In this document: in pieces, positions 25,701-33,214 of the stretch
Position numbering within the stretch: the stretch's first letter is position 1
How the letters are laid out: each line of letters begins with the position of its first letter
Source: Candidatus Micrarchaeota archaeon
GTDB taxonomy: Archaea; Micrarchaeota; Micrarchaeia; Micrarchaeales; CABMGC01
Assembly (NCBI GenBank): GCA_021801225.1
Contig: JAJYYF010000011.1
Location: 6,113 to 70,112 of the forward strand
Length of the DNA: 64,000 bases
Reading direction: 5' to 3'
The notes under the pieces: generated by a model
Told to the model about the DNA's origin: nothing
Database searches by the model: none
The model's input: only the letters and a program-made list of their open reading frames with translations
Translations under genes and position numbers: made by a program

Positions 25701-27234
25701 TAGTTGTATAGGGCAAGTTATAAAGAAAAGTTTTATTTACCGAGTTATAATTGCCACTCCCTGTAACTGTTGTTCCATTGTTAAATTTTATAGAATATGA
25801 AAACTCTGCATAATTATTATTACCAAGAACACTTTTTAAAGATATAGATAAGTTGTAATTTTTTTTATTTTCTAATACTGGAACATAAATTTTACCAGTT
25901 GAGTTTGTTTTATTAAATGATACTCCATCAACTGCTATAGACATATTAGGAGCAGCCTTTACAACTGAAATATTGTAATATGAAACAGTAGATTGATTAT
26001 TGTAAGTGAGTAGATTTATACTCTTCCCAGCAGGAATAAATTTTCCATCTTGTTTTATTAAACCATAACTCAGATTGAATGTTTGATTATATTGAGTTAT
26101 AGGAATCCTTTTTGTTTTTATATAATTTTTGAAATTTAAAAGTTGTTGATTGCTTAAAGATGTAAGATTATTGATAATTGAATAATTTAGATATATGCTA
26201 CTATTACTCGATGTATTTATGCTATTTATAGAAGTATTATAATTTGTATTAAGATTTTGATTTGATAATTTAGGGTTTATTTCGCTTTTTATATTTGCGA
26301 TATCTGCTGTCGAGTTTAGAGATTCTTTAATTTTTGAAGAAATTAATAATGGTTTAATAAATACTCCCTTGGACATGTTGAAATTATTAAATAATGGGAT
26401 TATTATTTTTGAGATGTTGCTCGAGCTAGAAAATGTTGAGTTAGATATGGAATAATTATACTGAATAGCCATTGCAGTTATGTTTTTTACTTTTATAGAG
26501 TTGTTTTTATTAGTGATATTTGTATTTTTATTGAGTAACGAGATATTTAATAATGAAAAATTAATAGTTGTATTATAAGCATATGATAAATTTTCTTCGT
26601 TTTTATTTGGAAAGTATAAAATATTTCCATCTGTAATATTTTTTATTATAAAGGTATTATTTGTTCCAGAATACTTAAAGATTATTAGATTTGAATTAGA
26701 AGATTTTTCTATTCCGCCATATGATAAATTCCAACTCGTATTGAGGGGTAAGCCTTTCTCATAAAACTCAATAATCTTCAATACTGTATAATTTATTAAT
26801 ATTTTGTTTGAAGAGTTAAATTTGCTTATATTTATATCTTTTATTGAAGGAATAAAGACTTCGTTTCCATAAGATATATTAGAAATAAGTAATATGTTAC
26901 TATAATTTTGCTCATTATTTTGAATAGATATGGAGTTTGGAGTAATAGAATTAAATGCATCTGAAAAATTATTTATATATACACTCCATGATATATTTTT
27001 TGGTAAGCCATTTTCTATAATGCTAATATTTTTGTAATTTGTTTTTGTATATGATGTGTTTATTAGAGTAGTATTAACCTGAGAGTAGGATTGATTAGAA
27101 ATAATTGAGTTACTTATAAAATTATTAGAGTTTATTGTGTTATTAGAAATAACAGTATTTGAAACATTTGCTAATGTTAAAAGTAATAATACTGGAGGTA
27201 ATAGAATAATAAATAAACCAGAGTAACGAAACAT
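22702..27234 (-). CDS. Giant secreted adhesin-like protein (1510 aa)
   Basis: Signal peptide (LFIILLPPVLLLLTLA). The N-terminal region carries two E(N/K)GLPxNxSW beta-sandwich-type repeats. Two ~320-aa duplicated units carry patterns I associate with DUF2341 (NIEFFYYNGSIIPSWMEG / NFEIFNISGDVIPSWIEN ...IWVKL) followed by concanavalin/LamG-like regions; each unit ends in IIR(N/A)YPPNGVMP. The C-terminal module matches the 171-aa protein. Confidence 0.7.
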   Translation of the reverse strand: MFRYSGLFIILLPPVLLLLTLANVSNTVISNNTINSNNFISNSIISNQSYSQVNTTLINTSYTKTNYKNISIIENGLPKNISWSVYINNFSDAFNSITPNSISIQNNEQNYSNILLISNISYGNEVFIPSIKDINISKFNSSNKILINYTVLKIIEFYEKGLPLNTSWNLSYGGIEKSSNSNLIIFKYSGTNNTFIIKNITDGNILYFPNKNEENLSYAYNTTINFSLLNISLLNKNTNITNKNNSIKVKNITAMAIQYNYSISNSTFSSSSNISKIIIPLFNNFNMSKGVFIKPLLISSKIKESLNSTADIANIKSEINPKLSNQNLNTNYNTSINSINTSSNSSIYLNYSIINNLTSLSNQQLLNFKNYIKTKRIPITQYNQTFNLSYGLIKQDGKFIPAGKSINLLTYNNQSTVSYYNISVVKAAPNMSIAVDGVSFNKTNSTGKIYVPVLENKKNYNLSISLKSVLGNNNYAEFSYSIKFNNGTTVTGSGNYNSVNKTFLYNLPYTTNAIITFDTYGNNNYSSVDPTLIVIPSGILSYVPITLSNLQNEPTPVPFQYMLPVNSLEFKSYESKNLSNIEFFYYNGSIIPSWMEGSTSNNLLNNPTNSIYFYTSTNTIYWLKLSNTIMPDNGITIYMGFSLTSQNLFNNVDIGEAPQLSPIYAEYDDGSTVFTYYNVNPSSSSGWTIHGTAGEKTAPSGSYYSSPNALYANSANGDYMYLPISGLSQNSIITFDVYTTGLGNLFFLTNSAGSGQMARLDGRGGGDYSGIATTSSWTSWAAPSPGIDTSENIWYKYDVVISSTTANAYIGSVSNYISTLGTLATSQFSIKNNGDYIGLVGDGLGSSHITYWNGFIIRNYPPNGVMPSASFGTPQSSSMPVIQIQNNPVAYGSSDIINGISPKSQDMLELFNDGVLLAGPTANVVTYTICGATPSISDCISPGSYTISVNDITSGVSTNTLLDVIQAYPSLKLNLPKVILNSGSYFPINYSISTPGNQIQSVLYIDGSSVSSSNSNNIYDFYPPTGNNLYNITLSSSGNGNYLSNSVKQDVCVVNTPSSTPYNTLFYAPLCILNNQTASVQGAFQQLISINESTYKNYLQYNGNDANFEIFNISGDVIPSWIENNNTGNLTIWVKLPYGISSNSIYPLYIGFGSNTLNLLSNGGINGIGEFPTATSTYAQYDNGNYVFNNYFNGGSLNGWTVAGTAGDTTSAPSGSPFGLNAFYANGANGDYLYTIANNQSENSIIEYYTYTQNLDDLFFLANSTGAGQIARVGNGAGWYGIAPSASWILWYAPPDTGTWSNEWLLMGLTITNGNAQLFLSTTPGTYGTEIGKNPSNNYSVTNKGDYLGFVGDAGSGTSTQYMNGLIIRAYPPNGVMPYVFQGSVFPVSSQSTCTISLNQNSITFGTLNPSSSINTINSIIDTNTGNTGAYMYIFGGNWIGPTQFGVSNTTWAATNNIAFSTASKLTSVLSNTLISIPSTGSNSIYFGLRVPGGTNSGTYQQIITFENSC
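23090..24040 (-). repeat. Intragenic duplicated unit 2 (DUF2341/LamG-like) of the 1510-aa protein
   Basis: Protein-level repeat: FEIFNISGDVIPSWIENNNTGNLTIWVKLP...GWTVAGTAGDTTSAPSG...GDYLGFVGDAGSG...LIIRAYPPNGVMP. It parallels unit 1 residue block by residue block. Confidence 0.7.
24620..25612 (-). repeat. Intragenic duplicated unit 1 (DUF2341/LamG-like) of the 1510-aa protein
   Basis: IEFFYYNGSIIPSWMEG...IYWLKLS...GWTIHGTAGEKTAPSG...GDYIGLVGDGLGS...FIIRNYPPNGVMP. Confidence 0.7.
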
Positions 27235-27270
27235 TCAATCAATTACATTTGAATAAAAAATATAAAATAC

Positions 27271-28047
27271 TTATCTTTCTTTTTTAAATAAGCCAATTAT
27301 AAATGAGATAATACCTCTTTTGTAGTAATTTTGAGTGTTTGTTGATTTTGATGGGAAAAAGTTCGCTGTTTCAAGTATTGCTTTTGAAAATAAAGAACGT
27401 TTCTCTAAAAGAATTGCTGGTATATGCATAGCTATACTTTTTGGTACAACCTCTGACTCAGGCAAAACGCCTAATGCCTTTGAACCAAACATCTCCTCTA
27501 TCTCCTTTACATGAATCTCATATCGTTTGTTTTTAACTCTGTTTATAACCATATTTGATTTAAGTCCGAATTTTTTGTAGTTATTTGATAGCCTTACACA
27601 ACTTGTACAGGAGCTTAATTCTGGAGTAGTGATTATAATACCTTCATCACACATAGATGAAAACTCTGGAACTAGATAACCAGGAGCTGTATCAAATATT
27701 ATATAATCGTATCTTGACTTTTTGAGCTCATTTATAAATTTTTGTATTTGGAGTATGGATGGCTCTTTCTGATGACCAACAATACTTCCAGGAATTACTT
27801 TTAACCCTGTAGGAATGTGTGGTACCTCAACATCGCTGATTTTTGCATTTTTGAGTAGTATATCAGAAACTCCTAGATTTTGATTTTCTATACCTAAATG
27901 AAAACCGACACTTGGATTTGCAATATCAAAATCCACTAATAATACAGTATTGCCCATTTCTTGAAGAGATGTTGCTAAATTTACAGAAAATGTGGTCTTA
28001 CCTACACCTCCTTTTTGGGATGATACTTTTATTAGATATGGAGTCAT
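27271..28047 (-). CDS. MinD/ParA-family P-loop ATPase embedded in the surface operon
   Basis: 258 aa. Deviant Walker A SQKGGVGKTT, Walker B IIFDTAPG, and a C-terminal amphipathic segment GIISFIIGLFKKER. Its start codon directly abuts the stop of the upstream 682-aa gene. Confidence 0.85.
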   Translation of the reverse strand: MTPYLIKVSSQKGGVGKTTFSVNLATSLQEMGNTVLLVDFDIANPSVGFHLGIENQNLGVSDILLKNAKISDVEVPHIPTGLKVIPGSIVGHQKEPSILQIQKFINELKKSRYDYIIFDTAPGYLVPEFSSMCDEGIIITTPELSSCTSCVRLSNNYKKFGLKSNMVINRVKNKRYEIHVKEIEEMFGSKALGVLPESEVVPKSIAMHIPAILLEKRSLFSKAILETANFFPSKSTNTQNYYKRGIISFIIGLFKKER

Positions 28048-30096
28048 TTAATCACTATTTTTATCATAACTTCGTTCAACTTGATCCTTTATTCTTCTAA
28101 GTTCTTGACTTCTTTCTTTATTATATCTTGATTTATTCATCTTTACAACTAAATAGATTATTAATAAGGATAAAAATAATAAAGTAACGCTTATATAGGT
28201 CATTTTGGAGTTAATCAGATATTCAAATGGAGAGACACTGGAGTTTGTAGTGTTTTGAGTGTTTTTACTAGGCAACTGAGTAGTGTTTACCTTATTTGTA
28301 ACTAGTATAGGTATAGAATAAGAATAATTAACGTTTGTGCTTTTTATTAAAAGGGATATTAACATTGTTCCGGTGCTTGAGTTAGTTGAAATGTTAAAAT
28401 TAGTATAAAACAATTTATTTGGGGATACATTAAATGTTTGTATTGGATTTTGTATGCTTAAAGACCCATAGTTAGATAACATGAATGATACCTTATTATC
28501 AGTAACCCCAGTATACAAGGAGGTTATGGTTATGTGATTAGTTGAGTTAACATAAAATGTAGGTATATTTATTTTTAATATGTCAAGATTACTTTGAGTA
28601 TTTAAATTTGACTGAACAGCAAATATATTCTGTGTATTTTGTAAAAATGATTGATCAGATATATTTTTTATTTGATAATATGCGTAGGTGCTTTGGCCTT
28701 TTTGTAGATAGGGAATATACCAGTTTATATCGTAATATCCCTCAGAAGTGGTTAGATTATTTTGAACACCGTAAGCTGAGATCTGGGAGATGTTTTTTGC
28801 TGATGATAAAGGAAGTTTTGTGATTAAAGTTATGTTAGATAGTGATTTATTCAAAGGTGCAGAGATATAAATTGTACCGAATGCATCTGCAGTGTTATTT
28901 GTTAATATTACCTGTGAGTTTATAATAGGTTTTAATTGTGTATTATTATAGATATTTAAGGTTACAAACTCTTCTTGAGTCTCGGTCGTACCGTTTAATA
29001 TATGAGTAGTTATGTTTATAGGTATTGTATAAAAACCTGGTGATGCGGTATTATTGCCGATAAAATTCAATGATATTGAAAGAGAAGAGTCAGGGTTTAT
29101 ATAAATATTTTTTGATGAAAAAGAGATAATTTTTGAAAATTTCTCTGGTACTGACATATTTAAAATCTCTGGAACAGACCCAGTATTAAATATTTTTAAT
29201 GATGATGTGGTCTCTGTTCCTTGTCCAGTAGAGACGTATATTGGAATGTTTAGTATTGAAAGCTGTGGGAATGAGGTTATAAAGGTTTTATGTTGTGGAG
29301 GACTTGGAGAGGATGTACTATACTGATTTTGTATTACATTATAAAATATTTTTTTTTCTGAGTAGCCTTTAATATTTGGATATTCTGAAGTATTGAATAG
29401 TATTAATGCAGTTACATTATATCTTCCTGGAATAGACGTTAAATTTTCAGGTTCTATTATTGTAATATTTTTACTTTCTCCTGGAGACAGACCTGTTTCG
29501 TTATATTTAGTATTAATTGAAACTGGACCTGAAATTGAGAAGTTTATAGTTATTTCATTTGAAGCAAGATTTCCAGTGTTTGATAGGTTTATATTAAAAA
29601 CTATTTGTGAGTTTATGTTTGTTTGATTTGGAATAGCTACAAAATTAGATACTGCAATGTTAGCCGGCAATATCAACGAAAGTGATTTTTTACTTGTATT
29701 GTAAAAATTTTCTCCGGAAAATGAAAGATTGATTATAGAGTTAACTGGAAAGGAAGATGTATTTAGTGTTATTATAGAGTTGTATTCATTTTTTAAATTA
29801 GATAAAGTTATAGATTTTTGATACAATATTGAATTTGAGTTCTTAGGAGTTACGTTCACATAACCAGAGATACTTCCTATGTTACAGCTATATTGTGAAG
29901 TTATAGAGTAACTAAGGGATATTTGAGAGTATTTTATATATATTGGAAGGGAGTTTAACACTAATTTAAAAGGACATATTACATTTACATTTGCCGATAA
30001 AGAACTACTTGAAAATGATAATGGAAGCAATAAATACAATAAAATTAATGTAAGACTAAATGTAGTAATAATTAATCTTTTGGGCTCTTTATACAA
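28048..30096 (-). CDS. Secreted multi-domain protein (CARDB/NEW3-like beta-sandwich repeats) with a C-terminal TM anchor and charged cytoplasmic tail
   Basis: 682 aa with a signal peptide. Repeats have the form ...VFNINLSNTGNLASNEITINFSISGP...GESKNITI...PGRYNVTALI and ...LKIFNTGSVPEILNMSVP...PGFYTIPINIT. C-terminal TM VTLLFLSLLIIYLVV, then KMNKSRYNKERSQELRRIKDQ. Confidence 0.6.
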   Translation of the reverse strand: MYKEPKRLIITTFSLTLILLYLLLPLSFSSSSLSANVNVICPFKLVLNSLPIYIKYSQISLSYSITSQYSCNIGSISGYVNVTPKNSNSILYQKSITLSNLKNEYNSIITLNTSSFPVNSIINLSFSGENFYNTSKKSLSLILPANIAVSNFVAIPNQTNINSQIVFNINLSNTGNLASNEITINFSISGPVSINTKYNETGLSPGESKNITIIEPENLTSIPGRYNVTALILFNTSEYPNIKGYSEKKIFYNVIQNQYSTSSPSPPQHKTFITSFPQLSILNIPIYVSTGQGTETTSSLKIFNTGSVPEILNMSVPEKFSKIISFSSKNIYINPDSSLSISLNFIGNNTASPGFYTIPINITTHILNGTTETQEEFVTLNIYNNTQLKPIINSQVILTNNTADAFGTIYISAPLNKSLSNITLITKLPLSSAKNISQISAYGVQNNLTTSEGYYDINWYIPYLQKGQSTYAYYQIKNISDQSFLQNTQNIFAVQSNLNTQSNLDILKINIPTFYVNSTNHITITSLYTGVTDNKVSFMLSNYGSLSIQNPIQTFNVSPNKLFYTNFNISTNSSTGTMLISLLIKSTNVNYSYSIPILVTNKVNTTQLPSKNTQNTTNSSVSPFEYLINSKMTYISVTLLFLSLLIIYLVVKMNKSRYNKERSQELRRIKDQVERSYDKNSD

Positions 30097-30189
30097 ACAA
30101 TAACCAATAGTTATAGAAAAGAAAAATATAAATTATATCCTAATTTAACAATTAAAAAAATTAAAAGTTTAAAATAAATATTGAATAAC

Positions 30190-30816
30190 TTATATTTTAA
30201 GTGATATGAACTTTTGGTATTTTTCATTAGCTTTTTTCCAATCTATATTTGCAATAAGCGAGTTTAAGTAAGATGCCCTGTCAGGACCATATTTATGATA
30301 GTAAGCATGCTCAAAGATATCTACCGCTATAATAGGTATTGAACCGGCTATACCACCTTGATTGTGAAAATCATACATTACACACCTTAACTTACCGTCA
30401 CTTAAAAGATCATATACTAAAACAGCCCAACCTCTTCCTGACTTACCAACTGCTGTGAACTCAGATTTGAAGTTCTCTATAGAGCCAAAATCTTCTTTTA
30501 ATTTTTTTATTATAGGCAATGATTCATCAATGCTTCCGTCTCCACCCATAGTTGCCCAGTATACCTCATGAAGTATCTGACCATTTGCATTCCATGTTTC
30601 TTCTAATTTTAATGAACGTACTTGACTGTAATTTACATTTGCTTTTGATAAATCGACATTGCTTAACTCTTTTTCTATCTCGTTTCTTTTATTTACATAA
30701 CCTGCGTAGTGTGTATCGTGGTGCCATTTGTAAGTTTCTTGATCCATCAAAGTACTTACACTTTCATATGATACTGGCATATCTATAATCTTATGTTTAG
30801 CTTCTTTATTACTCAT
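30190..30816 (-). CDS. sod: Fe/Mn superoxide dismutase
   Basis: 208 aa. HHDTHYAGYVN, WNANGQILHEVYW and AVDIFEHAYYHKYGPDRASY contain the four metal ligands (H, H, D, H). Confidence 0.9.
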   Translation of the reverse strand: MSNKEAKHKIIDMPVSYESVSTLMDQETYKWHHDTHYAGYVNKRNEIEKELSNVDLSKANVNYSQVRSLKLEETWNANGQILHEVYWATMGGDGSIDESLPIIKKLKEDFGSIENFKSEFTAVGKSGRGWAVLVYDLLSDGKLRCVMYDFHNQGGIAGSIPIIAVDIFEHAYYHKYGPDRASYLNSLIANIDWKKANEKYQKFISLKI

Positions 30817-30929
30817 TTAATCACAAAGTTAATACACTGAATAAAATTAAATAAGTATATAAAAATTTAGTTAATTAAAGTAAAAATAGAAAAAATAAAG
30901 AAAAGAAAAAGAAAATCTTAATTATATGT

Positions 30930-31448
30930 TTATGCTTTTTTTGGCTTCTTCATCAAAAGATATGCAGCTACTATTATAATGATTATTACAATTATTGCCA
31001 CAACTGTACCTAGATTGTTTGAGCCTGAAGATGTAGAAGCACTTGTGTTTTCTGACGCAGATGTATTTGAAGATGAATTTGTATTTGATTTTGTTGGTAA
31101 TGTATTGCTTGATGTACTATTATTTGTTTTTGTAGTGTTAGATGTTGTTTTGCTTGATATTGTGTTGCTTGATGTACTATTATTTGTTTTTGTAACGTTA
31201 GATGTTGTAGATGTTGTGTTGTTTGATATAGTGTTGCTTGAAATGGTATTGCTTGATATGGTGTTCGATGTAGTAGTGTTTGTAGTTGTTACATGAGTTG
31301 TTGATGTCGAGTTTGTAGAGTTAGTTATTGGCGGTATTACAAAGAATGAAAGACCGACTGGATTAAATCCTGATGCTCCGACAAATGCAAATGATGTGAA
31401 GATCAACAACATTGCAACTATTATCTTATTTTCTAGTTTATTTCTCAT
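30930..31448 (-). CDS. S/T/N-rich repeat surface protein with a C-terminal TM anchor
   Basis: 172 aa. Signal-like N-terminus, reiterated SNTIS / TKTNNSTSSNT units, and C-terminal VVAIIVIIIIIVAAYLLM followed by KKPKKA. Confidence 0.55.
   Translation of the reverse strand: MRNKLENKIIVAMLLIFTSFAFVGASGFNPVGLSFFVIPPITNSTNSTSTTHVTTTNTTTSNTISSNTISSNTISNNTTSTTSNVTKTNNSTSSNTISSKTTSNTTKTNNSTSSNTLPTKSNTNSSSNTSASENTSASTSSGSNNLGTVVAIIVIIIIIVAAYLLMKKPKKA
31101..31265. repeat. Coding tandem repeat (two ~60-bp units plus 15-bp sub-repeats)
   Basis: 31101-31148 versus 31161-31208 are identical at 45 of 48 positions by eye. This is followed by reiterated TTGCTTGA(T/A)AT units encoding SNTIS. Confidence 0.8.
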
Positions 31449-31502
31449 TTATATCACATTTATTTTAGAATAGTATTAAGTAAGATATCAATAAAAAGGT
31501 TG

Positions 31503-32951
31503 CTATGAAGCTACTACAGTGCCTGATGCTGAGGCGCCCTCCTCTCCACCTACCTTTATTGTATAATTACTACCTGGTGAAACTTGAGCTGATATAGCGC
31601 TATTTTGATCTCCAAATATTATAGCCCCATTAAATTGTAGCGTTTCTGTTGCACCTGGCTGTATGGTATAACCCATATTTTCGAAATCAGCATATGCTCT
31701 AGGAAGTGTTAGATTTCCATTCTCGGATATTAAAAAGTTCAGAACCTTGAATTTTACTAAATTAATTCCTAGGTGTTCTTCTATGCTTAATGAATTGTCA
31801 AAAGTGTTGTTCAGTCCTCCTTTTGATGAGATTGAAGAATTTTGCTTTTCTGAAACAGAGGTTTCATTTATTTTTGTTGTGCCATTTGAGCTATCGCTTG
31901 ATCCCATATTTGAGTTATCTTTTGAGTTTGATTTATTTACACTTATAGATAAGCTAGAGTTTACTACTAAATTTGAGTTTGAACTTGGAGGTGATGGAGG
32001 AGCATTTGTTTGTACATTTAACTTTCCAGTAATACTTGCTTTTGATGATATGTTTATATTAGAGATATTAACTCCTTCTTTTCCATCTATTGAGCTGTTT
32101 ATCTGTATTATAGGAGTTTGATTTATTGAGATCCTTGAATTTATATTACCATAAAGTAGAATATGGTTAATTACAACACTTTGATTTCCATTATTTTTGA
32201 GTGTAACTGAAAAGGATGTAGATGCATTATTTTGTGATAAAGATGATGAAAGTATTGTTAGATTAGGTACTGAGTTTTCTAGATTTGCACGATCTGAAGA
32301 GTTAAGCTTAAACCTTGCGCCTATTGTCAAGTTATGAGGATTTGAACTTACTGAATTGCTGCCTATAATTACTGCTTTTAAAGAAGGTACAAGTACGAAT
32401 AAAGTAGAGTTCGATGTCATTATTGTGGCAATAGTTGGCGATAAATCTAATAATACACTTGAGTTTGATGTGGCTTTAGCGCTTGAATGAATATTTGTAG
32501 ATATCTGTCCACTAGGTACTGTAACCGAATAGTTGGTGTTGTTGATTTCTATAGAAGCGGAGGTTACATTGAATTTTATCTGATTTATAGTTGCATTAAC
32601 TGGAACATAAACATTGCCTATAACTTGTGTAAGATTAATTATTGACATAAGATTTATCTGGCCGTTACCACTTCCATAAACCCATGAGGATGAACCGTTA
32701 GCGTTGTTTACTTTGATTGCTAATGAAGAATATGAGATAAGTATTGCTTGTGTGCCATTTGGTGCATGTGGAGGATCAGTTAATTGAATTGGCATAATTA
32801 CAGTATTAGAAGATACAAAAGATGAGGATTGTGTTGAGTTTTTATTCGTATTTACAGGTAAAGAGTTGACTCCAGAAGTATAAGTAAGTACTATATAAAG
32901 CACAGCTATTATCAATATTGCTACTATTATATATGAAAAATTTTTATTCAT
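31503..32951 (-). CDS. Secreted or membrane-anchored hypothetical protein (N-terminal region DUF4382-like)
   Basis: 482 aa. N-terminal anchor. PIQLTDPPHAPNGTQAILISYSSLAIKV resembles the LTDAP start of DUF4382 as I recall it. S/N-rich middle region. Confidence 0.45.
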   Translation of the reverse strand: MNKNFSYIIVAILIIAVLYIVLTYTSGVNSLPVNTNKNSTQSSSFVSSNTVIMPIQLTDPPHAPNGTQAILISYSSLAIKVNNANGSSSWVYGSGNGQINLMSIINLTQVIGNVYVPVNATINQIKFNVTSASIEINNTNYSVTVPSGQISTNIHSSAKATSNSSVLLDLSPTIATIMTSNSTLFVLVPSLKAVIIGSNSVSSNPHNLTIGARFKLNSSDRANLENSVPNLTILSSSLSQNNASTSFSVTLKNNGNQSVVINHILLYGNINSRISINQTPIIQINSSIDGKEGVNISNINISSKASITGKLNVQTNAPPSPPSSNSNLVVNSSLSISVNKSNSKDNSNMGSSDSSNGTTKINETSVSEKQNSSISSKGGLNNTFDNSLSIEEHLGINLVKFKVLNFLISENGNLTLPRAYADFENMGYTIQPGATETLQFNGAIIFGDQNSAISAQVSPGSNYTIKVGGEEGASASGTVVAS

Positions 32952-33037
32952 TAAAGCACCTTATTTTATGAAAACGTAAATATATAAAAAGGTATTGCAA
33001 AAATTTGGTATAAACGTAAGGATAATTATAATTTATT

Positions 33038-33143
33038 TGCCGTTGGTCGGATTTGAACCGACGACATTTCGGTGTCTGAATTACTCAAACTTTTCATAAG
33101 TTTGTCTTCAGCCGAACGCTCTCCCGGACTGAGCTACAACGGC
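33038..33143 (-). tRNA. tRNA-Phe (anticodon GAA) with a 32-nt intron at 37/38
   Basis: Hand-folded. Acceptor GCCGTTG/CAACGGC; D arm GCTC-AGTCCGGGA-GAGC; anticodon stem TTCGG/CCGAA; loop CTGAAGA; T arm GTCGG-TTCAAAT-CCGAC. The intron (about 33105-33074) has a CAAACTT/AAGTTTG hairpin, and TTCAG pairs with the anticodon loop (relaxed BHB). Confidence 0.85.
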
Positions 33144-33214
33144 ACGATTAAAGATCATTTATCTAATTAAATAATTTTGTTTAAATAATATAAAGATATA
33201 CTTATAAATATTAT

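Noticed and set aside
31101-31265. Tandem ~60-bp repeats that could superficially suggest a CRISPR-like or satellite array
   Set aside because: There are only two long units plus short sub-repeats and no unique spacers. All of it is in frame within a coding sequence (SNTIS/TKTNNSTSSNT repeats). No CRISPR array or cas operon exists anywhere in the window.
30979-31296. 105-aa V/D/L-rich ORF antisense to the S/T/N-rich repeat gene
   Set aside because: It is a shadow ORF produced by the tandem coding repeat. The sense-strand protein has a signal peptide and a TM anchor and explains the region.
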